This document shows positions 48,353-59,830 of a stretch of DNA of 64,000 nt, piece by piece. The stretch's first letter is position 1. Every line of letters starts with the position of its first letter. A model generated the notes under the pieces. It did no database searches. It was not told where the DNA came from and was given only the letters and a program-made list of their open reading frames with translations. This DNA is from Takakia lepidozioides (taxonomy: Eukaryota; Plantae; Bryophyta): NCBI GenBank assembly GCA_030704615.1, contig CM060733.1, positions 10,912,001 through 10,976,000 on the forward strand. The letters run 5' to 3'. A program made the translations under genes and the position numbers.

Positions 48353-50077
48353 ATGGGGTCGGGCAAGCCAAAGCAAAAGCGGAACGGCCCAAAAGATGAT
48401 GATCCTGGTGAGCCCAATGGGGGCGACGTATCACCGAGGCGGCCGTTTGAGGGAGCGATGCATGTTTTTGAAAACGAGGCCGCTCAAGAGCGGGAGGAAT
48501 CTGAGGAGTCAGAGCCTGAGGAATCCCTGAGAGCTCCGACCGACCAACAGATGCCTCCCATGCCGGCAGCCTTTTGGAAAGGGTTGTTGGCGCAATTTGG
48601 CGGGACGTTGAAAGACGTGTTGAAGGCGGCTAATGCCACTTCCACTAAGGCAAAGTTTAAGGTGAAGCCTAAAGAACCCGGCACCTTCAAGGGCGTCCGA
48701 AATCGGAAGGCACTCAACACTTGGCTCTTGGAGCTAGAGCAGTACTTCCGGGCGGCCAAGTTGAGTGACGAGGATCGGGTGGAAGTGGCTCCCACCTATT
48801 TGAGGGGCTATGCTCATGCTCAACAATGGTGGCAGAAACGCCTTCACGACCGAGGTCCAAGCCCGGAAACCTTGAACTGGAGTGGGTTCAAGGAATTGAT
48901 GAAGAGGCAGTTTGTGCCCCTCAACGCGTCCTGGTTCGCCCGGGACAAGATGAGGAATTTGAAGCAAACAGATGAAATTCGGGGATATGTCCAGGCTTTC
49001 AATGTGTTGTTGCTTGAAGTCGCGGACATGGCAGAACCAGAAATGGTCTTCAACTTTGTGGCGGGACTGGCCCCATGGGCCAGGCGGAAGTTGGAGGAGA
49101 AGCCACCTAAGACTTTGAACGAGGCAATTGAGAGGGCTGAATGTTTCTCGGATGTCCCTAAGGGTGAAAGACAAGGCCGTACGGAGCTGAACCACAAGAA
49201 GACCCGGCGGGAAGGTGACTCCTTCCGATCGGAAAAGAAGTGGGATAAGCCACGCGGCGACAATGGCACGTGGAAATCGAAGGGAGGGCCTTCACAAGTC
49301 AAGGCGGCACCCGGTGCTTCGAAAGGAAAAGCGGGTGGAGCGGCCTATGGCGGACAGAAGGCGACCTTTGATGGAGTGTGCGGGGAGCCTGGGCACATGG
49401 CCAAGAAGTGCACGAAGCCCCAGCAATTGAACATGACTCGGGCGACCACAGAGCTGTCGGAAGATACCAACAGTCGCTTGGTGGAAGCGGTGGTCGCCAG
49501 GACTTGCAAGGTAGGCAAATTTTCTTGTGAGTTGTATCAGGAAACTGGCGCCTTACGTAAAGGGAGTCAGTTATTGTTCGTGGATGGGATAATATCCGGA
49601 ACTAACGTGTCGTTGTTGGTGGACACAGGAGCGTCGCACTCCTTCATGACACCGGCAACGGCACAAAAGCTGGGACTCCCGACAAGTGACGTGGGGGCCT
49701 CTATTGAGGTGCGTTCTGCCAAAGGAGAACCGCAATTGGCGACAAGGTTGGCGTTTGATGTTCCTCTTCAACTGGGGAGTTGGGAGGGACGTGAGAATTT
49801 CACCATCTGCGAGATCAATGGAGTAGATCTCATTTTGGGGATGACCTTTTTGAGCAAATCCGGAGCGGTCATAGATGGCCTCAAGAGAGTAGTCACGCTG
49901 CCATGTGGGAATGGTGGCGAGGTCTTACGAGTGTCGGAAACGCCCAAACCCTATCTCCATCGAACTCAGGAGACACTGTGCAGGGTCGAGCAATCACTAC
50001 AACAGATTGCGGCTTTTACGACTCTGTGTTATGACTACAAATGCAGTTATGAAAGCCATTTACGACTTCATGAATAA
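48353..50077 (+). CDS. gag: Chromovirus Gag-protease
   Basis: PGTFKG..WL..LEQYF, YLRG.A..WW, LKQT..IRGY; partial knuckle CGEPGHMAKKC; LLVDTGASHSF, LILGMTFL. Confidence 0.9.
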   Translation: MGSGKPKQKRNGPKDDDPGEPNGGDVSPRRPFEGAMHVFENEAAQEREESEESEPEESLRAPTDQQMPPMPAAFWKGLLAQFGGTLKDVLKAANATSTKAKFKVKPKEPGTFKGVRNRKALNTWLLELEQYFRAAKLSDEDRVEVAPTYLRGYAHAQQWWQKRLHDRGPSPETLNWSGFKELMKRQFVPLNASWFARDKMRNLKQTDEIRGYVQAFNVLLLEVADMAEPEMVFNFVAGLAPWARRKLEEKPPKTLNEAIERAECFSDVPKGERQGRTELNHKKTRREGDSFRSEKKWDKPRGDNGTWKSKGGPSQVKAAPGASKGKAGGAAYGGQKATFDGVCGEPGHMAKKCTKPQQLNMTRATTELSEDTNSRLVEAVVARTCKVGKFSCELYQETGALRKGSQLLFVDGIISGTNVSLLVDTGASHSFMTPATAQKLGLPTSDVGASIEVRSAKGEPQLATRLAFDVPLQLGSWEGRENFTICEINGVDLILGMTFLSKSGAVIDGLKRVVTLPCGNGGEVLRVSETPKPYLHRTQETLCRVEQSLQQIAAFTTLCYDYKCSYESHLRLHE

Positions 50078-50191
50078 ACCTTCTGTCAGCAAGGGAGTGG
50101 GTCGTGGGGGAGGCACACGAGCCCCAGTTTTTGCTCTACATTAGAGAAGTGAGGCGATGGGGAGCCGAGCCCAGATTGGATCAAGGGGATT

Positions 50192-52997
50192 TTGGAGAAA
50201 TACCAGGATGTGATGCCGAAAGATTTACCAAGCGGCTTGCCACCGCGAAGAGGAGTTGACCACAAGATTGAGGTGATACCGGGATCGGAACCGCTTGCCA
50301 AGGCGCCCTACCGGTTGAGCCACAGAGAGTTGGTCGAGCTGAAGACTCAACTCAAAGATCTAATGTCAAAGGGGTACATCCGGCCGAGTAAGTCACCTTA
50401 CGGAGCCCCGGTGCTATTCGCAGACAAGAAGGATGGGATGCTGCAGATGTATGTCGATTACAGGGCTTTGAATAAGGTGACTATAAAAAACCGGTACCTT
50501 TTGCCAAGGATCGACGACCTTTTCGATCGGTTGGCAGGAGTGAAGTATTTCAGCCGGATCGATCTGCGCTCCGGCTATCATCAAATTCGAGTGGTGGAAG
50601 GAGATGAGGAGAAGACCGCGTGCAGGACAAGGTATGGTTCATATGAGTTCTTGGTGATTCCTTTTGGACTCACCAACGCTCCCGCGACCTTTAGCACGCT
50701 GATGAACAGCCTTTTCCAGGAGTGGTTGAATGACTTTGTGATCGTGTACATCGACGACATCTTGGTGTATTCGAAAACAAAGGAGGAGCACCTGGAACAC
50801 CTCAAAAGGGTGTTCCAGAAATTGCGGGAAGGGAAGCTGTATGCCAAAGCTTCAAAGTGCGAATTCGGGGTCACAAAAGTGGAGTTCCTGGGGCATGTGA
50901 TTACACAGGATGGGATCAGAATGGATAACAGGAAGGTGAGGGCAATCTTGGACTGGGAGCCTCCGACTTCGGTCCCGAGAGTGCGATCCTTCCTAGGACT
51001 CGCCTCCTATTACCGGAAGTATGTGAGAAATTTCGCCAAGATCGCGGGGCCGCTGTCAGACCTTCTGTGTAAATCCAAAGTCTGGACATGGAACACCTTT
51101 TGTGGCCAAGCTTTTGTCGAAGTGAAGCAGCGGATGGCGGAAGCTCCAGTCTTGAAAATCCCGGAGTTCGATCGTCCGTTCGAGATTCATATAGATGCGT
51201 CAGACTTCGCAATTGGGGGTGTACTGATGCAAGATGGACGTCCAGTGGCTTACGAAAGTAAGAAACTGAATGAAGTGGAGCGACGGTGGCCGACGCACGA
51301 GAAAGAGATGAAGGCGGCGGTGCACTGTTTTGAGCTTTGGCGCCACTATGTTGGTTCCAACCCAGTGAAGGTGTTCACGGACAATGTCACGGTGAAGTAT
51401 TTTGCCACGCAGCCCAAGTTTTCCCCAAAACAACTTAGGTGGCAAGATACTTTGGCGGTGTTCGACGTGGATATCCAGTACAAACCGGGACGAGACAACG
51501 TGGTGGCCGATGCTTTAAGTAGAAAGCAGCAGCTCTTGTTGGTGAACAGGGGCGAGACGGCGCTCCAAAGGAAGATCCGGAAGGCTTGCCGGAAGGATGA
51601 GCTGGCGAAGTCCGTGATGCAGGACTTGAGGATGGGGGTTAAATCGCAATTCCACTTGCAAAATGGACTGCTCCGGTATAAGCAAAAGCGTCTCTACGTG
51701 CCGAAGGGAGGGATCAGAGATAGCCTCTTGAGAGAATGCCATGATAGCTCGCTTGCGGGCCACGGCGGAACCAAGCGCACTGCGGCATTCTTGGCCCAAA
51801 GTGAGGGAGGAGGCAGAGGAGTATGTCAAGACATGCACCACATGCCAACAAAACCGGAGCGAGTACAAAAAGCAAGCGGGGCTGTTACAACCCTTGCTGA
51901 TTCCAGAGGGGACTTGGGAAAGCGTCTCAATGGATTTCATGACTGCTATGCCGCTGTCAAAAGGATTCGATGCAATCATGGTGGTGGTGGATAGGTTCAG
52001 TAAAATGGGCCATTTCATCCCCACCAAGGAGACGGCAACGGCGCAGGAAACAGGGCGACTTTACTTCGCCCACGTCTTAAAGCATCATGGAGTCCCGAAG
52101 GATATTGTCTTGAACCGCGATCCAAAGTTTACGAGTAAATTTTGGAGGGCACTTTGGAAGAAGATGGGGACGAGGCTGAAGATGAGCACCGCCTTCCGAC
52201 CTACGATCGACGGCCAAACGGAAAGAGTGAATTCCGTAGTGAAGCAGATCTTGCGGAATTACGTGTCGACAGACCAAACAGACTGGGTGGAACACTTAGA
52301 CGCGGCAGAGTTCTATTATAATAACACAGAACACTCCGCAACACGAGTTTCCCCTTTTGTATTGGTCTATGGAAAAGCACCTCTTGTGCCGACAAGTTGG
52401 GCCGCCCAGGACGTTGAGGAACCGGAAGTAGCGGCGGTACTGGAAGAACGCGAGCGTTTGTTGAACTTCGCAAAGTACAACATTGCCAAAGCTAGGAAAC
52501 GATATGAAAGGCAGGCGAAGCGGAAGCGGAGGGAAATGAAGTTTGAGGCAGGCATGGAGGTCTGGTTGAACATCAAGAATTTCCGACTACCTCCGGAAGT
52601 GAGTCCAAAGTTCGTACCTCCATATGCGGGACCCTTTCGCATCCGGAAGATTATGAATGAGGATGTGTATGAATTGGAGCTGCCGGCAAACAGCAAGGTG
52701 CATCCAGTATTCCACGTCTCCATTTTGAAGCCTTACTTCAAAGATGAAGCGCGTCCGAATTGGCATCAAGTGTTGCGTCCGCCACCTGTGCAGTTGGATC
52801 ATGAAAATGAACCTGAGTATGAGGTGGAGGCAGTACTTAAGTCGAGGAGGTTCAAGAACCGAGAAATGGAGTATCTCGTCCAATGGAAGGGCTATCATCA
52901 TGTGGAGGCATCTAGGGTGCGTGCCTCAGAAATGGGAAACGCATCCGAGGCGGTTACAGTTTTCGAAGGGCGACCTCAAAAGCGGAAGAAGCGTTGA
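50192..52997 (+). pseudogene. pol: Chromovirus RT-RH-INT-chromodomain (frameshift/deletion near 51800)
   Basis: [81 protein letters not shown]. Confidence 0.93.
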
Positions 52998-54400
52998 TGG
53001 GGACATCAACCTTGGAGCGTGGGGGAGGAAATGCATGCTTAGCCCGGCTTAGCTAGCTTAGGAATCCGATTGCAAAAACTTGTATTGTACAAAAATTTGT
53101 TATAAAGGAAAGGGGTTCCCAAATGTTGTGCGTCCTATTTTGTTTGGAATGGTGATGCATGGTGTGGTTGACTAGTGTGTAGAATGCATGCTAGCTTACA
53201 AAAGTGGGAGAGGTAAATTGGGTTAATCGTGTGTTTGCGCAGTGCCGAAATCGGGTGACTCCCATCCAAGGGGCAAGGAAACTTGCGCCTTCCTTAGGAG
53301 TTCACGTGCTAGTACACACCTGGCGCGTGCGCATACTATAACTGCGCTACCGAGGGGGTTGCTTTGTAGTGCGAGCTAACACGGAAGCTACGTGCTTCCG
53401 TTCACGTACTATAATCGTGTAGCCTCGGGACGAAGTCGTAGTGCGGCTTCGGCGTGTTCCCGTACCTCAGGCCAACATTGCAAGGCGGACCCAATTGTAG
53501 TGATTGGGGCGCGCGGTTGGTTCAAGGTTATCTTCCTAGTCAAAGAGGGTTCGAGGTGAACCCTTGGTCAAGGTGATGCCAAAAGCGGCATTGTGAGCGG
53601 TCGCAAGCAATGTTGTTGCAGTAAGGCGATTCGATCATCGGGGAGGATCGTTCCTTGGCCTTGAAGTAGGCCAAGAAGAGTGCACTGGGAGGAGCTTGAG
53701 AGGCTCCACCCTTGGCCGGGACTTGGAGGAAGTCGGCCGAACTAGCTAGTGGAGAGTAGAGTCAAGTGTGGGGTTTGGTTCTTTGCAATGGGACGCCATG
53801 GTACGGAAACAAACTCCTTGATATGGGACGCCACAACTTGGATGTTCGTTTCCACAAAATGGACAAGCCGATGATGACATCGACTCCCTGTTGGTAGGGG
53901 TGTGTGTCGTGGCCCTTTGCCTTGAGGGCAGGGGGTCGGGACACAAGAGGGGCTGTCCCTGTGGTGGGGGCAGTGGCAGTGATAGGTATGGGGGGCTGAA
54001 GCACCCTTGAGTGCCCAAAGCACTCAAGGAGGCGGAGGCGCTCACTAGGTGGAGCCCCGCACACCGGGTTGCGGTGGGGGTGGCTCCACAAGGGGTGGTG
54101 GTAGCTTAGCGGGACTTAGTCATAGGACTCACCCTGGGGCGGAGACCTCGTGGTGGGAGTCGTGGGGAGTCTTGGGACTCATCACAGTCCATAGGGACCG
54201 TGGTGGGTGGGCCAAGACTCACCGCGACTCATCACCGGGAGTCGAGGGTGTTCGCCATAAAATGGCATGGTTGTTTGTGAAACCCCCGCGGACAGCTACA
54301 GAAGTATATATAGGGAGTAGTAACCCCGAGAATGGTGCAAGTCCGTTGGTGACCAAAAACTAGTGAGTAAGCGAGCGAGCCGGAAAGCGACCAAAGAGTA

Positions 54401-57400
54401 GGGGTTGTTTCAGCACCTTGAGGGGCCGCCCATGGATGACTACCATGAGTTTAGGCGGGGACATGAGGTGGAGATTAAGGAATGGCGGGTGTATTGGTCA
54501 CCTGACTATGTCTCCATCACTAGAGGCACAAGGGCAGTGGTGACATCGGCAGCTTCTGCAAGCAGCAGTGGGAACAGGAGCTGGGAAGTCCTCCCAAGCT
54601 CCTGCTGCAGCACCAACACCCGTGCCTGCCTTTAACCTAGTTGTGGAGTTCTTCGAGGAGTTAAGGAGAAACTACCAGGGGATAAGGACGAAGAAATTGC
54701 GGAGCTTGCAAGAGTTCCAACGGAAGCCTACCGAGAGTTTAAGGGAGGCTTACATGCGCATGAGGCGATTGATAAATGTAACCCAAGGGGTTACGGAAGC
54801 TCAAGCAGTCCAATTCTGGTATGGGATATTGGACAAGGAGCTGAGGAGAAGGGTGCGGGATGCAACTCTCCTACAAGTGGCCCAACCCACCTTAGCAAAC
54901 GTGTTTTTGCTGGCAGAGCGGATAGAGCTCAATATGGTGGAGGAGGGAGTGGTCATGGTGGGGTTTGGTAAGGAGACACAACGAAGTAGGGCTCTTAGCC
55001 AACAACAACCACTATCCCAACGTGTTCAAGGCAACGAGGGGGCTCAGGCGAAGCCCAGGGAAGGACAGAGATGATCTCAATTGCAGAGGTCACTTCCTTC
55101 ATTCTCAGGCCAACAACAGTCGGGAGTGATATGTTGGGATTGTGGAGGACCCCATGTTAAGAGAGATTGCCCGGAGAGAGGCAAAGAGCCGGCACAGGCA
55201 TAGCCTACACAACCACAGTGTAGGCATTGTTGCAAGTATAGGCATGAAGAGACCCATTGTTATGACTTGTATCTTGAGCTACGGCCAGGCCAGTTCCAAG
55301 GTAACAATGGTGGCCGAGGACGAGGCAATGTATTCCAGAGAGGTAGAGGAGGCAGAGGTCGTGGTGGAGGTCGTAACCAAAACCAAGGAGCACAGGGTCA
55401 GGGTCAAGGTCATGACCAAGGCATGGTGGATAGGCTTGCCCAGCTAGAGCAACGTCTTGCTACCATCGCCACTACTCATGTTGCGCCAGCTCCAAGGCCT
55501 GAGGTTCAAGCCCCACCTGCATAACCTCCTATGCCTAGGGAAGACCAGATTGGTATGGGCTTCTTGTGTGGAGCCGCACTTGCAGGACCATTACATGTGG
55601 ACTCTGCAGTTGCTGTCACTCGAGCAACAACGCATGCTCTTGAGCCAAGAGGAGCGGATGTGGATTTTGATCCACAAAGAGGGGAAGCAAGTCGGCAGAC
55701 AAGGCTTCCACAGTCTTTCACATTGGCTGAGACAGTGCCAACTATGCTATCGATGACACCCACTCGCCCAAGTGTGTCAGAGGTAGAACCACGAGTGTCA
55801 TTGGAGAGAGTTGGTATGGCTCAGGAAATACTAGTGAGTGGTACTGCAAAGCAAGGTGCAGCCAGTACATTGTTGGGGGCGGCTACGGCAATTTGCCAAG
55901 CTCCATTGTTTTCTGCCACGACAATTGCAATGCCAGGGATGCGGCTAGCTGCAGTGTTTAAACTGGTAGCTACACTCTGTGAGAGTGGTGATGCATCAAC
56001 ACTATCTCCGGGGATCGATAGCGGATCAGGTGCAGTGCATGGATGCCCTGGATTCAAGGGTGAAGTCAGCCACAGCTGCGCCATGGCAAGCGGCAGCTGC
56101 AAGGTTGCAGGAGCTGCCAGCTAGAGCAATCTTTGAGCGTAGTATGGTGACTCCTAGGGTAGTCCTGGTGGACAATCAGGATGGTGTGTTTCAGTTGGGT
56201 GGCCCAGCCGGGAGGAGGTATAGGCCACTGCGGGTCTTGTTGGACTCGGGAGCACAACCATTGATGTTGGGGAGAGCAGCAATTGCAGGCTTGGGCCTTA
56301 TAGAGGCGGATTTGGAGCCTTGCTCTTTCCAAATTCAAACATCTTTAGGCGGTTCAAAGAAGGCACGAGGGATTACACGCCATGAGCTCTTCATTCGATT
56401 GCAGCCTATCATCTTATAGATGGCTCTGTCATGAGAGCTAAAGCCATTGTTACGGACACGATGTCTTATGATATGCTTGTTGGTGGGTGTTATACCCGAT
56501 GGGCTTTACTTTGGACTTTTGGGAGGAAACGGCATCCTACAGGCCGGAATGGCAGTCAGGGGATGGTTGACGTGCACTGCTCCCAGTGCGGTTTATTGGG
56601 AATGTAGCGATGGATCATAGGAACATGATGCCCACATTGGCTGCATTCTCAGGGGTAGTGGCTTGGGGTGGTGAGCTCTTGAAGGGCAATAGTCATGCAG
56701 ATGATAGGCCACCACCTGATGAGGACAAACAATTGGCATACAAGGCTGATTTGCTTCCTCGTGTGCCTATTCATATTCCACTGTGGGGTACAGTTGGGAA
56801 TTTACATCGAATAGCAGGCGAGTGTGTGCACCAAGCATGGCAGGAAGGCCTATCCATTGGTGAGTGAGGGGAGTTCAGTGACATCACGTGGACCTCCTCA
56901 ATTAGTTCATTTGGACACGGTGCCCATTACCTGGCAACCACCTTACTCAGGGATTTGTTTGCTAGACATGTTTGGAGGCATGAGCACTGGGCTTGCAGGA
57001 GTGTTGCAAGCAGGGATTAAAGTATGCAAGTACTTGTATGTGGAGAAGGATGAGAAGGCTCGGCGTATTTCTATGCGCCACATCGTTATCCTGAGTTGTT
57101 GCCTCTCTCACAAATTCAAGGGTATCAAAAGGCCTTGCTGGGGGCGGATGATTTGGACCGGCATGGTGCCATTGACTTGGTGATAGCTGAATGGCCTTGC
57201 CAAGGACACTCTCCCGCAGGTCATGGGAATGGCTTGCATGATGCACGATCGCATTTGTTTTGGGAGATGTTGAGAGTGTTGCGTGACTTGCAGACGAAGC
57301 AAGTGCAACCTCTAGCCTATATCTTGAAGAATGTTCCTCTTATGGGGGACTCTCGGGCCAGGGTTATGACCAGTGTACATCAGGTGCAGTCTTGGATTGG

Positions 57401-59830
57401 ATCGGCGGTGCTATTGGATGCAGCAGCGGTGGGATCACGAGCGCATCGACCTTGATTGTGGTGGACCAATCTTGCACTACCAGAGCTGCTCAAGAGAGCA
57501 TACGATTCCATTCAACGGCCACCCAATCTCACAGTTGAGGGCATTTTGGACCAAGGGAGGCAACCATAGAGGGTGTGACATAATGACCGTCTACCTCTAG
57601 CAGTGGTAAATCGAGTGAGGCAGCCACGTGCGGCCTTGCCTATGCTCATGAGCTTTCCCTCATCTCATGCTTTTTGAGACAATGGTCCTGGGTTGATTTG
57701 GGACAGTGTGCTACAGCAATTGATGGAGCCCAATGCAGATGAGCAAGAGCGGGCAATGGGGATTTGCCACGGGCACTACAGCTGTGCCAGCTCTGTCAGA
57801 GGCATCACGCCGACATGTGTTGGGTCAAACAATGGATCTAAATTATTTGACATAGGTCATTGGCTTGTGCATGGCTGAGCAACAGATCAGGTTGCAGATA
57901 GTGGTGGCTACTTTTGCACTCCCATTTAGTATTGTATCCCCTCTGCCAACCGAGACGGTTGAGGCAGTGAGTGGGGGCGAGCACATGATCATGGGGTACA
58001 AACACCCATGGCAGATGTGGAATGAGATGCGGAAAGAGAGAGTCCTTGGATCTCTCAAGCAGCAATATGAGGAGTTGGGAGAGCCATACACTGAAGATCA
58101 GTTGGAGGCCAAGGTGGGCATTTTGGACCAAGGGAGGCAACCACAGAGGGTGCGACATAATGACCGTCTACCTCTAGCAGTGGTAAATCGAGTGGGGCAG
58201 CCACGTGCGGCCTTGCCTACGCTCATGAGCTTTCCCTCGTCTCATGTTTTTTGAGACAATGGTCCTGGGTTGATTTGGGATAGTGTGCTACAACAATTGG
58301 TGGAGCCCAATGCAGATGAGCAAGAGCGGGCAATGAGGATTTGCCATACACTTAGGATCAGTTGGAGGCCAAGGTGGCCAATGTTTTTGAAGAGGTTGAG
58401 AATGTTTCTTCCCCAGAGGATGTTCTCAGGGTGGCTATGGCAGAGCAAGTGGAGGCTACGCCACAGTCAGGGTAGGCGGACAAGGCCCAAGAGGTTGCTA
58501 TCTAGCAACCAAAGGATGCGTCTCCTACCTCCAAACCCGGTGTACCCAAGGTTGCAGTCACTGAGGACAATTGGGAATCAGATGTTGGACCTACAGTCAC
58601 CGGAGGAGAGAGATGGAGGATCCAGCGATTTCTAAGGGCTTATAGAAATTGCTTTGCCTTCGGTTTGAAGGATTTGGGGAGTTTGAAGGGCCAGGAGATT
58701 CGTATTGATTTGGCAAGTGACACACCAATTTATTGAAGGCCCTATCGGTATAGTGACATGGAGAGGTCATTGATCCAGTCACGGACTATGGAGCTGTTCG
58801 AAGCTAGATTGGTGGAGTTGTCAGGCGGGGAGTATGCCTCAGCAACGGTAATGCCAGCTAAGAAGGATATCTATGGCAATTGGACAGAAAGAATGATGTG
58901 TGGCGACTATCGTCATGTGAACCGTCAGACTAAGTCCGATAGATATGTCATGCCAACTCCAGAGGAAATCTTTGATGCCATTGGGCATGCGAAGGAGTTT
59001 AGCATATTGGATTTGCGATCCGGTCACCACCAGTTGCCAATCAAAGAGGCTGACAAGCAAAAGACGGCATTCTGGGGGATTGACCAACATAGGAAAGATT
59101 GTTTGTACCAATGGCGGTTCCTACCGTTTGGGTTGAAGAATGCTCCTGTAGAGTTTCAGAGGGTTATGGATAGGATTCTCGTGCAGGTAGACTTCGCCTG
59201 GTGCTACATTGATGACATCAAAGTCTTTAGTGCTATAGTTGAGGAGCATGAGAGAACCTTCAGGTGGTATTTGAGCGCTTGAGAGCGCACGGGTTGAAAT
59301 TGCACCCTGGGAAGTGCAAGTTCTTCCAAAGCCAGATTGAGTATCTGGGCCACATGATATACCCTGGAGGATTGGGTGTTCAAAAGACGAAGGTGGAGGC
59401 CATTCCACGCATTCCACGCCCCATAGATGTTAGCAGAGTTCGTGCTTTCATGGGGTTGGCAAACTACTATCGACGGTTTGTCAAACGATTTAGCAGCATT
59501 GCAAAGGCTCTTACCAAGTTGACCAAGGTGGTTCAGGGAGGTGTTGCCTTCAGGATTGTTGATTCTGGAGGGTCGAGATGGCATGATATGGAAGGACCAT
59601 GTGCGCAATTGTGCGCATGCCACCTTCCCTATGTGGATGGGAGGATAGATCCCAACCTTGCAGTGGTACCTGCAGGATTGCGTTGCATGCTATGTGGGCA
59701 TGCTGGTGGTGCCGCAACCATGTTGGTGTGTGACAAATGCTCAAGGGGGTCGCACATGGGATGCTTGACACCGCCACTTGAGGATGTTCCTAGTGGAGAA
59801 TGGTTGTGTCCACGATGCCTTGGCCAATAA
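54401..59830 (+). pseudogene. Ty3/gypsy element: gag(2 Zn knuckles)-PR-DNMT3-like C5 methyltransferase-RT-[RH/INT deleted]-PHD finger
   Basis: FQRKPTESLREAY..; CWDCGGPHVKRDC; VLLDSGAQP; MTase motifs 56950-57870; CGDYR, LDLRSGHHQ, PFGLKNAP, CYIDDI; C4HC3 at 59683-59820. Confidence 0.9.
56950..57870 (+). pseudogene. DNA (cytosine-5)-methyltransferase domain, DNMT3-like, inside the retrotransposon pol
   Basis: I LLDMFGGMSTG; II YLYVEKDEKA; IV DLVIAEWPCQGHS; V LFWEM.R; VI ILKNV; VIII LDAAAVGSRAHRP*LWWTNL; IX EQERAMGF.TG.T; X RRHVLGQTMD. Confidence 0.88.

Larger units (their letters stand above)
47580..54400 (+). mobile_element. Chromovirus (Ty3/gypsy with chromodomain; Galadriel/Tcn1-like)
   Basis: 5' LTR 47580-48297 (TGTCGCG..CGCGCCA); iMet PBS TGGTATTAGAGC 48300-48311; 3' LTR from 53905 broken at 54400; TSD CAATA. 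Confidence 0.93.
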
